Shown here: in pieces, positions 15,300 through 30,200 of the stretch | Position numbering within the stretch: the first letter of the stretch is position 1 | How the letters are laid out: every line of letters begins with the position of its first letter | Origin: the human T2T-CHM13v2.0 reference genome, Homo sapiens | DNA: 64,000 bases | Direction: 5' to 3' (one strand) | Assembly (NCBI RefSeq): GCF_009914755.1 | Contig: NC_060925.1 | Notes under the pieces: model-generated | What the model was told of the DNA's origin: nothing | The model's database searches: none | What the model saw: only the letters and a program-made list of their open reading frames with translations | Program-made: the position numbers and the translations under genes

Positions 15300-18200
15300 C
15301 ATCATCAATTGGTATTGAATGGAATTGTCATCAAATGGAATTCAAAGGAATCATCACCAAATGGAACCGAATGGAATCCTCATTGAATGGAAATGAAAGG
15401 GGTCATCATCTAATGGAATCGCATGGAATCATCATCAAATGGAATCGAATGGAATCGACATCAAATGGAATCAAATGGAATCATTGAACGAAATTGAATG
15501 GAATCGTCGTCGAATGAATTGAATGCAATCATCGAATGGTCTCGAATGGAATCATCTTCAAATGGAATGGAATGGAATCATCGCATAGAATCGAATGGAA
15601 TTATCATCGAATGGCATCGAAAGGTATCAACAACAAACGGAAAAAACGGAATTATCGAATGGAATCGAAGAGAATCATCGAACGGACCCGAATGGAATCA
15701 TCTAATGGAATGGAATGGAATTTTCCATGGACTCGAATGCAATCATCATCGAATGGAATCGAATGGAATCATCGAATGGACTCGAATGGAATAATCATTG
15801 AACGGAATCTAAAGGAATCATCATCGGATGGAAATGAATGGAATCATCATCGAATGGAATCGAATAGAATTATGGAATGAAATCCAGTGTGATCATCATC
15901 GAATTGACCCGAATGGAATCATCATCCAACGGAAGCTAATGGAATCAACATCGAATGAATCGAATGGAAACACCATCGAATTGAAACGAATGGAATTATC
16001 ATGAAATTGAAATGGATGGACTCATCATCGAATGGATTCGAATGGAATCATCGAATAAAATTGATTGAAATCATGATCAAATGGAATCGAAAGGTATCAT
16101 TGAATGGAATCGAATGGAATCATCATCAGATGGAAATGAATGGAATCGTCATAGAATGGAATCGAATGGATTCATTGAATGGAATCAGATGGAATCATCG
16201 AATGGACTGGAATGGAATCAGTGAATGGACTCGAAAGGGATCATCATTGAATGGAATTGAATGGAATCATCGAATGGTCTGGATTGGAATCATTATCAAA
16301 TGGAATCGAATGAAATCACCGAATAGAATCGAATGGAACAATCATCGAATGGACTCAAATGGAATTATCTTCAAATGGAATCGAATGGAATTATCGAATG
16401 CAATCGAATGGAATTATCGAATGCAATCGAATAGAATCATCGAATGGACTCGAATGGAATCATCGAATGGAATGGAATGGAACACTCAATGAACTCGAAT
16501 GGAATCATCATTGAAAGGAATCGAATGGAATCATCGAGTGGAATCGAATGGAATTATGATCAAATGGAATCGAATGTAATCATCATCAAATGGAATCAAA
16601 AATAACCATCATCAAATGGTATTGATTGGATTGGTCATCAAATGGAATTCAAAGGAATCATCATCAAATGGAACAGAATGGAATCCTCATTGAATGGAAA
16701 TGAAAGGGGTCATCATCTAATGGAATCGCATGGAATCATCATCAAATGGAATCGAATGGAATCATCATCAAATGGAATCTAATGGAATCATTGAACAGAA
16801 TTGAATGGAATCGTCATCGAATGAATTGAATGCAATCATCGAATGGTCTCCAATGGAATCATCTTCTAATGGAAAGGAATGGAATCATCGCATAGAATCG
16901 AATGGAATTAACATTGAATGGACTCGAATGGAATCAACATCAAACGGAATCAAGCGGAATTATCGAATGGAATCGAAGAGAATCATCGAATGGACTCGAA
17001 TGGAATCACCTAATGGAATGGAATGGAATAATCCATGGACACGAATGCAATCATCATCGAATGGAATCGAATGGAATCATCGAATGGACTCGAATGGAAT
17101 AATCATTGAACGGAATCGAATGGAATCATCATCGGATGGAAACGAATGGAATCATCATCGAATGGAAATGAAAGGAGTCATCATCTAATGGAATTGCATG
17201 GAATCATCATAAAATGGAATCGAATGGAATCGACATCAAATGGAATCAAATGGAATCATTGAACGAAATTGAATGGAATCGTCATCGAATGAATTGAATG
17301 AAATCATCGAATGGTCTCGAATGGAATCATCTTCAAATGGAATGGAGTGGAATCATCGCATAGAATCGAATGGAATTATCATCGAATGGAATCGAATGGA
17401 ATCAACATCAAACGGAAAAAAAACGGAATTATCGAATGGAATCGAAGAGAATCATCGGATGGACCCGAATGGAATCATCTAATGGAATGGAATGGAATAA
17501 TCCATGGACTCGAATGCAATCATCATCGAATGGAATCGAATGGAATCATCGAATGGACTCGAATGGAATAATCATTGAACGGAATCTAAAGGAATCTTCA
17601 TCGGATGGAAATGAATGGAATCATCATCGAATGGAATCGAATAGAATTATGGAATGAAATCCAGTGTGATCATCATCGAATGGACCCGAATGGAATCATC
17701 ATCCAACGGAAGCTAATGGAATCAACATCGAATGAATCGAATGGAAACACCATCGAATTGAAACGAATGGAATTATCATGAAATTGAAACGGATGGACTC
17801 ATCATCGAATGGATTCGAATGGAATCATCGAATAAAATTGATTGAAATCATGATCAAATGGAATCGAATGGTATCATTGAATGGAATCGAATGGAATCAT
17901 CATCAGATGGAAATGAATGGAATCGTCATAGAATGGAATCGAATGGATTCATTGAATGGAATCAGATGGAATCATCGAATGGACTGGAATGGAATCATTG
18001 AATGGACTCGAAAGGGATCATGATTGAATGGAATTGAATGGAATCATCGAATGGTCTCGATTGGAATCATTATCAAATGGAATCGAATGGAATCACCGAA
18101 TAGAATCGAATGGAACAATCATCGAATGGAATCAAATGGAATTATCCTCAAATGGAATCGAATGGAATTATCGAATGCAATCGAATGGAATTATCGAATG

Positions 18201-21200
18201 CAATCGAATAGAATCATCGAATGGACTCGAATGGAATCATCGAATGGAATGGAATGGAACAGTCAATGAACTCGAATGCAATCATTATTGAAAGGAATCG
18301 AATGGAATCATCGAGTGGAATCGAATGGAATTATGATCAAATGGAATCGAATGTAATCATCATCAAATGGAATCAAAAATAACCATCATCAAATGGTATT
18401 GATTGGATTGGTCATCAAATGGAATTCAAAGGAATCATCATCAAATGGAACAGAATGGAATCCTCATTGAATGGAAATGAAAGGGGTCATCATCTAATGG
18501 AATCGCATGGAATCATCATCAAATGGAATCGAATGGAATCATCATCAAATGGAATCTAATGGAATCATTGAACAGAATTGAATGGAATCGTCATCGAATG
18601 AATTGAATGCAATCATCGAATGGTCTCCAATGGAATCATCTTCTAATGGAAAGGAATGGAATCATCGCATAGAATCGAATGGAATTAACATTGAATGGAC
18701 TCGAATGGAATCAACATCAAACGGAATCAAGCGGAATTATCGAATGGAATCGAAGAGAATCATCGAATGGACTCGAATGGAATCACCTAATGGAATGGAA
18801 TGGAATAATCCATGGACACGAATGCAATCATCATCGAATGGAATCGAATGGAATCATCGAATGGACTCGAATGGAATAATCATTGAACGGAATCGAATGG
18901 AATCATCATCGAATGGAAACGAATGGAATCATCATCGAATGGAAATGAAAAGAGTCATCATCTAATGGAATTGCATGGAATCATCATAAAATGGAATCGA
19001 ATGGAATCAACATCAAATGGAATCAAATGGAATCATTGAACGGAATTGAATGGAATCGTCATCGAATGAATTGAATGCAATCATCGAATGGTCTCGAATG
19101 GAATCATCTTCTAATGGAAAGGAATGGAATCATCGCATAGAATCGAATGGAATTAAAATTGAATGGACTCGAATGGAATCAACATCTAACGGAAAAAAAC
19201 GGAATTATCGAATGGAATCGAAGAGAATCATCGAATGGACCCGAATGTAATCATCTAATGGAATGGAATGGAATAATCCATGGACTCGAATGCAATCATC
19301 ATCGAATGGAATCGAATGGAATCATCGTATGGACACGAATGGAATAATCATTGAACGGAATCGAATGGAATCATCATCGGATGGAAACGAATGGAATCAT
19401 CATCGAATGGAAATGAAAGGAGTCATGTAATGGAATTGCATGGAATCATCATAAAATGGAATCGAATGGAATCAACATCAAATGGAATCCAATGGAATCA
19501 TTGAACGGAAATGAATGGAATCGTCATCGAATGAATTGAATGAAATCATCGAATGGTCTCGAATGGAATCATCTTCAAATGGAATGGAGTGGAATCATCG
19601 CATAGAATCGAATGGAATTATCATCGAATGGAATCGAATGGAATCAACATCAAACGGAAAAAAAACGGAATTATCGAATGGAATCAAAGAGAATCATCGG
19701 ATCGACCCGAATGGAATCATCTAATGGAATGGAATGGAATAATCCATGGACTCGAATGCAATCATCATCGAATGGAATCGAATGGAATCATCGAATGGAC
19801 TCGAATGGAATAATCATCGAATGGAATCGAATGGAATCTTCATCGGATGGAAATGAATGGAATCATCATCGAATGGAATCGAATAGAATTATGGAATGAA
19901 ATCCAGTGTGATCATCATCGAATGGACCCGAATGGAATCATCATACAACGGAAGCTAATGGAATCAACATCGAATGAATCGAATGGAAACACCATCGAAT
20001 TGAAACGAATGGAATTATCATGAAATTGAAACGGATGGACTCATCATCGAATGGATTCGAATGGAATCATCGAATAAAATTGATTGAAATCATCATCGAA
20101 TGGAATCGAATGGTATCATTGAATGGAATCGAATGGAATCATCATCAGATGGAAATGAATGGAATCGTCATAGAATGGAATCGAATGGATTCATTGAATG
20201 GAATCAGATGGAATCATCGAATGGACTGGAATGGAATCATTGAATGGACTCGAAAGGGATCATGATTGAATGGAATTGAATGGAATCATCGAATGGTCTC
20301 GATTGGAATCATTATCAAATGGAATCGAATGGAATCACCGAATAGAATCGAATGGAACAATCATCGAATGGACTCAAATGGAATTATCCTCCAATGGAAT
20401 CGAATGGAATTATCGAATGCAATCGAATGGAATTATCGAATGCAATCGAATAGAATCATCGAATGGACTCGAATGGAATCATCGAATGGAATGGAATGGA
20501 ACAGTCAATGAACTCGAATGGAATCATCATTGAAAGGAATCGAATGGAATCATCGAGTGGAATCGAATGGAATTATGATCAAATGGAATCGAATGTAATC
20601 ATCATCAAATGGAATCAAAAATAACCATCATCAATTGGTATTGAATGGAATTGTCATCAAATGGAATTCAAAGGAATCATCATCAAATGGAACCGAATGG
20701 AATCCTCATTGAATGGAAATGAAAGGGGTCATCATCTAATGGAATCGGATGGAATCATCATCAAATGGAATCGAATGGAATCATCATCAAATGGAATCTA
20801 ATGGAATCATTGAACAGAATTGAATGGAATCGTCATCGAATGAATTGAATGCAATCATCGAATGGTCTCGAATGGAATCATCTTCTAATGGAAAGGAATG
20901 GAATCATCGCATAGAATCGAATGGAATTATCATCGAATGGAATCGAATGGTATCAACACCAAACGGAAAAAAACGGAATTATCGAATGGAATCGAAGAGA
21001 ATCTTCGAACGGACCCGAATGGAATCATCTAATGGAATGGAATGGAATAATCCATGGACTCGAATGCAATCATCATCGAATGGAATCGAATGGAATCATC
21101 GAATGGACTCGAATGGAATAATCATTGAACGGAACCGAATGGAATCATCATCGGATGGAAACGAATGGAATCATCATCGAATGGAAATGAAAGGAGTCAT

Positions 21201-24200
21201 CATCTAATGGAATTGCATGGAATCATCATAAAATGGAATCGAATGGAATCAACATCAAATGGAATCAAATGGAATCATTGAACGGAATTGAATGGAATCG
21301 TCATCGAATGAATTGACTGCAATCATCGAATGGTCTCGAATGGAATCATCTTCAAATGGAATGGAATGGAATCATCGCATAGAATCGAATGGAATTATCA
21401 TCGAATGGAATCGAATAGAATTATGGAATGAAATCCATTGTGATCATCATCGAATGGACCCGAATGGAATCATCATCCAACGGAAGCTAATGGAACCAAC
21501 ATCGAATGAATCGAATGGAAACACCATCGAATTGAAACGAGTGGAATTATCATGAAATTGAAATGGATGGACTCATCATCGAATGGATTCGAATGGAATC
21601 ATCGAATAAAATTGATTGAAATCATCATCAAATGGAATCGAATGGTATCATTGAATGGAATCGAATGGAATCATCATCAGATGGAAATGAATGGAATCGT
21701 CATAGAATGGAATCGAATGGATTCATTGAATGGAATCAGATGGAATCTTCGAATGGACTGGAATGGAATCATTGAATGGACTCGAAAGGGATCATTGTTG
21801 AATGGAATTGAATGGAATCATCGAATGGTCTCGATTGGAATCATTATCAAATGGAATCGAATGGAATCACCGAATAGAATCGAATGGAACAATCATCGAA
21901 TGGACTCCAATTGAATTATCCTCAAATGGAATCGAATGGAATTATCGAATGCAATCGAATGGAATTATCGAATGCAATCGAATAGAATCATCGAATGGAC
22001 TCGAATGGAATCATCGAATGGAATGGAATGGAACAGTCAATGAACTCGAATGGAATCATCATTGAATGGAATCGAATGGAATCATCGAGTGGAATCGAAT
22101 GGAATTATGATCAAATGGAATCGAATGTAATCATCAACAAATGGAATCAAAGATAACCATCATCAATTGGTATTGAATGGAATTGTCATCAAATGGAATT
22201 CAAAGGAATCATCACCGAATGGAACCGAATGGAATCCTCATTGAATGGAAATGAAAGGGGTCATCATCTAATGGAATCGCATGGAATCATCATCAAATGG
22301 AATCGAATGGAATCATCATCAAATGGAATCTAATGGAATCATTGAACAGAATTGAATGGAATCCTCATCGAATGAACTGAATGCAATCATCGAATTGTCT
22401 CAAATGGAATCATCTTCTAATGGAAAGGAATGGAATCATCGCATAGAATCGAATGGAATTAACATTGAATGGACTCGAATGGAATCAACATCAAACGGAA
22501 TCAAGCGGAATTATCGAATGGAATCGAAGAGAATCATCGAATGGACTCGAATGGAATCATCTAATGGAATGGAATGGAATAATCCACGGACTCGAATGCA
22601 ACCACCATCGTATAGAATCGAATGGAAACATCGAATGGAATCATCGAATGGACTCGAATGGAATAATCATTGAACGGAATCGAATGGAATCATCATCGGA
22701 TGGAAACGAATGGAATCATCATCGAATGGAAATGAAAGGAGTCATCTAATGGAATTACATGGAATCATCATCAAATGGAATCGAATGGAATCAACATCAA
22801 ATGGAATCAAATGGAATCATTGAACGGAATTGAATGGAATCGTCATCGAATGAATTGAATGCAATCATCGAATGGTCTCGAATGGAATCATCTTGAAATG
22901 GAATGGAATGGAATCATCGCATAGAATCGAATGGAATTATCATCGAATGGAATCGAATGGAATCAACATCAAACGGAAAAAAACGGAATTATCGAATGGA
23001 ATCGAAGAGAATCATCGAAAGGACCCGAATGGAATCATCTAATGGAATGGAATGGAATAATCCATGGACTCGAATGCAATCATCATCGAATGGAATCGAA
23101 TGGAATCATCGAATGGACTCGAATGGAATAATCATGGAACGGAATCGAATGGAATCATCATCGGATGGAAATGTATGGAATGATCATCGAATGGAATCGA
23201 ATAGAATTATGGAATGAAATCCAGTGTGATCATCATCGAATGGACCCGAATGGAATCATCATCCAATGGAAACTAATGGAATCAGCATGGAATGAATCGA
23301 ATGGAAACACCATCGAATTGAAACGAATGGAATTATCATGAAAGTGAAATGGATGGACTCATCATCGAATGGATTCGAATGGAATCATCGAATAAATTTG
23401 ATTCAAATCATCATCAAATGGAATCGAATGGTATCATTGAATGGAATCGAATGGAATCATCATCAGATGGAAATGAATGGAATCGTCATAGAATGGAATC
23501 GAATGGATTCATTGAATGGAATCAGATGGAATCATCGAATGGACTGGAAAGGAATCACTGAATGGACTCGAAAGGGATCATTATTGAATGGAATTCAATG
23601 GAATCATCGAATGGTCTCGATTGGAATCATTATCAAATGGAATCGAATCGAATCACCGAATAGAATCGAATGGAACAATCATCGAATGGACTCAAATGGA
23701 ATTATCCTCAAATGGAGTCGAATGGAATTATCGAATGCAATCGAATGGAATTATCGAATGCAATTGAATAGAATCATCGAATGGATTCGAATGGAATCAT
23801 CAAATGGAATGGAATGGAACAGTCAATGAACTCCAATGGAATCATCATTGAATGGAATCGAATGGAATCATCGAGTGGAATCGAATGGAATTATGATCAA
23901 ATGGAATTGAATGTAATCATCATCAAATGGAATCAAAAATAACCATCATCTATGGGTATTGAATGGAATTGTCATCAAATGGAATTCAAAGGAATCATCA
24001 TCAAATGGAACCGAATGGAATCCTCATTGAATGGAAATGAAAGGGGTCATCATCTAATGGAATTGCATGGAATCATCATCAAATGGAATCGAATGGAATC
24101 ATCATCAAATGGAATCTAATGGAATCACTGAACAGAATTGAATGGAATCGTCATCGAATGAATTGAATGCAATCATCGAATTGTCTCGAATGGAATCATC

Positions 24201-27200
24201 TTCTAATGGAAAGGAAAGGAATCATCGCATAGAATCGAATGGAATTAACATTGAATTGACTCGAATGGAATCAACATCCAACGGAATCAAGCGGAATTAT
24301 CGAATGGAATCTAAGAGAATCATCGAATGGACTCGAATGGAATCATCTAATGGAATGGAATGGAATAATCCATGGACTCGAATGCAATCATCATCGAATG
24401 GAATCGAATGGAATCATCGAATGGACTCGAATGGAATAATCATTTAACGGAATCGAATGGAATCCTCATCGGATGGAAACGAATGGAATCATCATCGAAT
24501 GGAAATGAAAGGTGTCATCATCTAATGGAATTGCATGGAATCATCATAAAATGGAATCGAATGGAATCGACATCAAATGGAATCAAATGGAATCATTGAA
24601 AGAAATTGAATGGAATCGTCGTCGAATGAATTAAACGCAATCATCGAATGGTCTCGAATGGAATCATCTTCAAATGGAATGGAATGGAATCATCGCATAG
24701 AATCGAATGGAATTATCATCGAATGGAATCGAAAGGTATCAACAACAAACGGAAAAAAACGGAATTATCGAATGGAATCGAAGAGAATCATCGAACGGAC
24801 CCGAATGGAATCATCTAATGGAATGGAATGGAATTATCCATGGACTCGAATGCAATCATCATCGAATGAAATCGAATGGAATCATCGAATGGACTCGAAT
24901 GGAATAATCATTGAACGGAATCGAATGGAATCATCATCGGATGGAAACGAATGGAATCATCATCGAATGGAAATGAAAGGAGTCATCATCTAATGGAATT
25001 GCATGGAATCATCATAAAATGGAATCGAATGGAATCAACATCAAATGGAATCAAATGGAATCATTGAACGGAATTGAATGGAATCGTCATCGAATGAATT
25101 GAATGCAATCATCGAATGGTCTCGAATGGAATCATCTTCAAATGGAATGGAATGGAATCATCGCATAGAATCGAATGGAATTATCATCTAATGGAATCGA
25201 ATGGAATCAACATCAAAGGGAAAAAAACGGAATTATCGAATGGAATCGAAGAGAATCATCGAACGGACCCGAATGGAATCATCTAATGGAATGGAATGGA
25301 ATAATCCATGGACTCGAATGCAATCATCATCGAATGGAATCGAATGGAATCATCGAATGGACTCGAATGGAATAATCATTGAACGGAATCGAATGGAGTC
25401 ATCATCGGATGGAAACGAATGGAATCATCATCGAATGGAAATGAAAGGATTCATCATCTAATGGAATTGCATGGAATCATCATAAAATGGAATCGAATGG
25501 AATCAACATCAAATGGAATCAAATGGAATCATTGAACGGAATTGAATGGAATCGTCATCGAATGAATTGAATGCAATCATCGAATGGTCTCGAATGGAAT
25601 CATCTTCAAATGGAATGGAATGGAATCATCGCATAGAATCGAATGGAATTATCATCGAATGGAATCGAATGGAATCAACATCAAACGGAAAAATCGGAAT
25701 TATCGTATGGAATCGAAGAGAATCATCGAATGGACCCGAATGGAATCATCTAATGGAGTGGAATGGAATAATCCATGGACTCGAATGCAATCATCATCGA
25801 ATGGAATCGAATGGAATCATCGAATGGACTCGAATGGAATAATCATCGAACGGAATCGAATGGAGTCATCATCGGATGGAAATTAATGGAATCATCATCG
25901 AATGGAATCGAATAGAATTATGGAATGAAATCCAGTGTGATCATCATCGAATGGACCCGAATGGAATCATCATCCAACGGAAGCTAATGGAATCAACATC
26001 GAATGAATCGAATGGAAACACCATCGAATTGAAACGAATGGAATTATCATGAAATTGAAATGGATGGACTCATCATCGAATGGATTCGAATGGAATCATC
26101 GAATAAAATTGATTGAAATCATCAACAAATGGAATCGAATGGTATCATTGAATGGAATCGAATGGAATCATCATCAGATGGAAATGAATGGAATCGTCAT
26201 AGAATGGAATCGAATGGATTCATTGAATGCAATCAGATGGAATCATCGAATGGACTGGAATGGAATCATTGAATGGACTCGAAAGGATTCATTATTGAAT
26301 GGAATTGAATGGAATAATCGAATGGTCTCGATTGGAATCATTATCAAATGGAATCGAATGGAATCACAGAACAGAATCGAATGGAACAATCATCGAATGG
26401 ACTCAAATGGAATTATCCTCAAATGGAATCGAATGGAAATATCGAATGCAATCGAATGGAATTATCGAATGCAATCAAATAGAATCATCGAATGGACTCG
26501 AATGGAATCATCGAATGGAATGGAATGGAACAGTCAATGAACTCGAATGGAATCATCATTGAATGGAATCGAATGGAATCATCGAGTGGAATCGAATGGA
26601 ATTATGATCAAATGGAATCGAATGTAATCATCATCAAATGGAATCAAAAATAACCATCATCAATTGGTATTGAATGGAATTGTCATCAAATGGAATTCAA
26701 AGGAATCATCATCAAATGGAACCGAATGGAATCCTCATTGAATGGAAATGAAAGGGGTCATCATCTAATGGAATCGCATGGAATCATCATCAAATGGAAT
26801 CGAATGGAATCATCATCAGATGGAATCTAATGGAATCATTGAACAGAATTGAATGAAATCGTCATCGAATGAATTGAATGCAATCATCGAATGGTCTCGA
26901 ATGGAATCATCTTCTAATGGAAAGGAATGGAATCACCGCATAGAATCGAATGGAATTAACATTGAATGGACTCGAATGGAATCCACATCAAACGGAATCA
27001 AGCGGAATTATCGAATGGAATCGAAGAGAATCATCAAATGGACTCGAATGGAATCATCTAATGGAATGGAATGGAATAATCCACGGACTCGAATGCAATC
27101 ATCATCGTATAGAATCGAATGGAATCATTGAATGGACTCGAATGGAATAATCATTGAACGGAATCAAATGGAATCATCATCGGATGGAAACGAATGGAAT

Positions 27201-30200
27201 CATCATCGAATGGAAAAGAAAAGAGTCATCATCTAATGGAATTGCATGGAATCATCATAAAATGGAATCGAATGGAATCAACATCAAATGGAATCAAATG
27301 GAATCATTGAACGGAATTAAATGGAATCGTCATCGAATGAATTGAATGCAATCATCGAATGGTCTCGAATGGAATCATCTTCTAATGGAAAGTAATGGAA
27401 TCATCGCATAGAATCGAATGGAATTAAAATTGAATGGACTCGAATGAAATCAACAACAAACGGAAAAAAAAGGAATTATCGAATGGAATCAAAGAGAATC
27501 ATCGAATGGACCCGAATGGAATCATCTAATGGAATGGAATAGAATAATCCATGGACTCGAATGCAATCATCATCGAATGGAATCGAATGGAATCATCAAA
27601 TGGACTCGAATGGAATAATCATTGAACGGAATCGAATGGAATCATCATGGGATGGAAACGAATGGAATCATCATCGAATGGAAATGAAAGGAGTCATGTA
27701 ATGGAATTACATGGAAACATCATAAAATGGAATCGAATGGAATCAACATCAAATGGAATCCAATGGAATCATTGAACGGAATTGAATGAATCGTCATCGA
27801 ATCAATTGAATGCAATCATCGAATGGGCTCGAATGGAATCATGTTCAAATGGAATGGAATGGAATCATCGCATAGAATCGAATGTAATTATCATCGAATG
27901 GAATCGAATGAAATCAACAACAAACGGAAAAAAAAGGATTTATCGAATGGAATCAAAGAGAATCATCGAATGGACCCGAATGGAATCATCTAATGGAATG
28001 GAATGGAATAATCCATGGACTCGAATGCAATCATCATCGAATGGAATCGAATGGAATCATCGAATGGACTCGAATGGAATAATCATTGAACGGAATCGAA
28101 TGGAATCATCATCGGATGGAAATGAATGGAATCATCATCGAATGGAATCGAATAGAATTATGGAATGAAATCCAGTGTGATCATCATCGAATGCACCCGA
28201 ATGGAATCATCATCCAACGGAATCTAATGGAAACAACATCGAATGAATCGAATGGAAACACCATCGAATTGAAACGAGTGGAATTATCATGAAATTGAAA
28301 TGGATGGACTCATCATCGAATGGATTCGAATGGAATCATCGAATAAAATTGATTGAAATCATCATCAAATGGAATCGAATGGTATCATTGAATGGAATCG
28401 AATGGAATCATCATCAGATGGAAATGAATGGAATCGTCATAGAATGGAATCGAATGGATTCATTGAATGGAATCAGATGGAATCATCGAATGGACTGGAA
28501 TGGAATCATTGAATGGACTCGAGAGAGATCATTATTGAATGGAATTGAATGGAATCATGGAATGGTCTCGATTGGAATCATTATCAAATGGAATCGAATG
28601 GAATCACCGAATAGAATCGAATGGAACAATCATCGAATGGACTCCAATGGAATTATCCTCAAATGGAATCGCATGGAATTATCGAATGCAATCGAATGGA
28701 ATTATCGAATGCAATCGAATAGAATCATCGAATGGACTCGAATGGAATCATCGAATGGAATGGAATGGAACAGTCAATGAACTCGAATGGAATCATCATT
28801 GAATGGAATCGAATGGAATCATCGAGTGGAATCGAATGGAATTATGATCAAATGGAATCGAATGTAATCATCATCAAATGGAATCAAAGATAACCATCAT
28901 CAATTGGTATTGAATGGAATTGTCATCAAATGGAATTCAAAGGAATCAACACCAAATGGAACCGAAAGGAATCCTCATTGAATGGAAATGAAAGGGGTCA
29001 TCATCTAATGGAATCGCATGGAATCATCATCAAATGGAATCGAATGGAATCATCATCAGATGGAATCTAATGGAATCATTGAACAGAATTGAATGGAATC
29101 GTCATCGAATGAATTGAATGCAATCATCGAATGGTCTCGAATGGAATCATCTTCTAATGGAAAGGAATGGAATCATCGCATAGAATCGAATGGAATTAAC
29201 ATTGAATGGACTCGAATGGAATCAACATCAAACGGAATCAAGCGGAATTATCGAATGGAATCGAAGAGAATCATCGAATGGACTCGAATGGAATCATCTA
29301 ATGGAATGGAATGGAATAATCCACGGACTCGAATGCAACCACCATCGTATAGAATCGAATGGAAACATCGAATGGAATCATCGAATGGACTAGAATGGAA
29401 TAATCATTGAACGGAATCGAATGGAATCATCATCGGATGGAAACGAATGGAATCATCATCGAATGGAAATGAAAGGAGTCATCTAATGGAATTGCATGGA
29501 ATCATCATCAAATGGAATCGAATGGAATCAACATCAAATGGAATCAAATGGAATCATTGAACGGAATTGAATGGAATCGTCATCGAATGAATTGAATGCA
29601 ATCATCGAATGGTCTCGAGTGGAATCATCTTCAAATGGAATGGAATGGAATCATCGCATAGAATCGAATGGAATTATCATCGAATGGAATCGAATGGAAT
29701 CAACATCAAACGGAAAAAAACGGAATTATCGAATGGAATCGAAGAGAATCATCGAATGGACCCGAATGGAATCATCTAATGGAATGGAATGGAATAATCC
29801 ATGGACTCGAATGCAATCATCATCGAATGGAATCGAATGGAATCATCGAATGGACTCGAATGGAATAATCATTGAACGGAATCGAATGGAATCATCATCG
29901 GATGGAAATGAATGGAATCATCATCGAATGGAATCGAATAGAATTATGGAATGAAATCCAGTGTGATCATCATCGAATGGACCCGAATGGAATCATCATC
30001 CAACGGAAGCTAATGGAATCAACATCGAATTAATCGAATGGAAACACCATCGAATTGAAACGAATGGAATTATCATGAAATTGAAATGGATGGACTCATC
30101 ATCGAATGGATTCGAATGGAATCATCGAATAAAATTGATTGAAATCATCATCAAATTGAATCGAATGGTATCATTGAATGGAATCGAATGGAATCATCAT

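Noticed and set aside
23591-23596. Extra EcoRI sites (23591, 32562, 42093, 48653, 54157)
   Set aside because: Single-base changes from near-cognate satellite sequence; useful as markers only.
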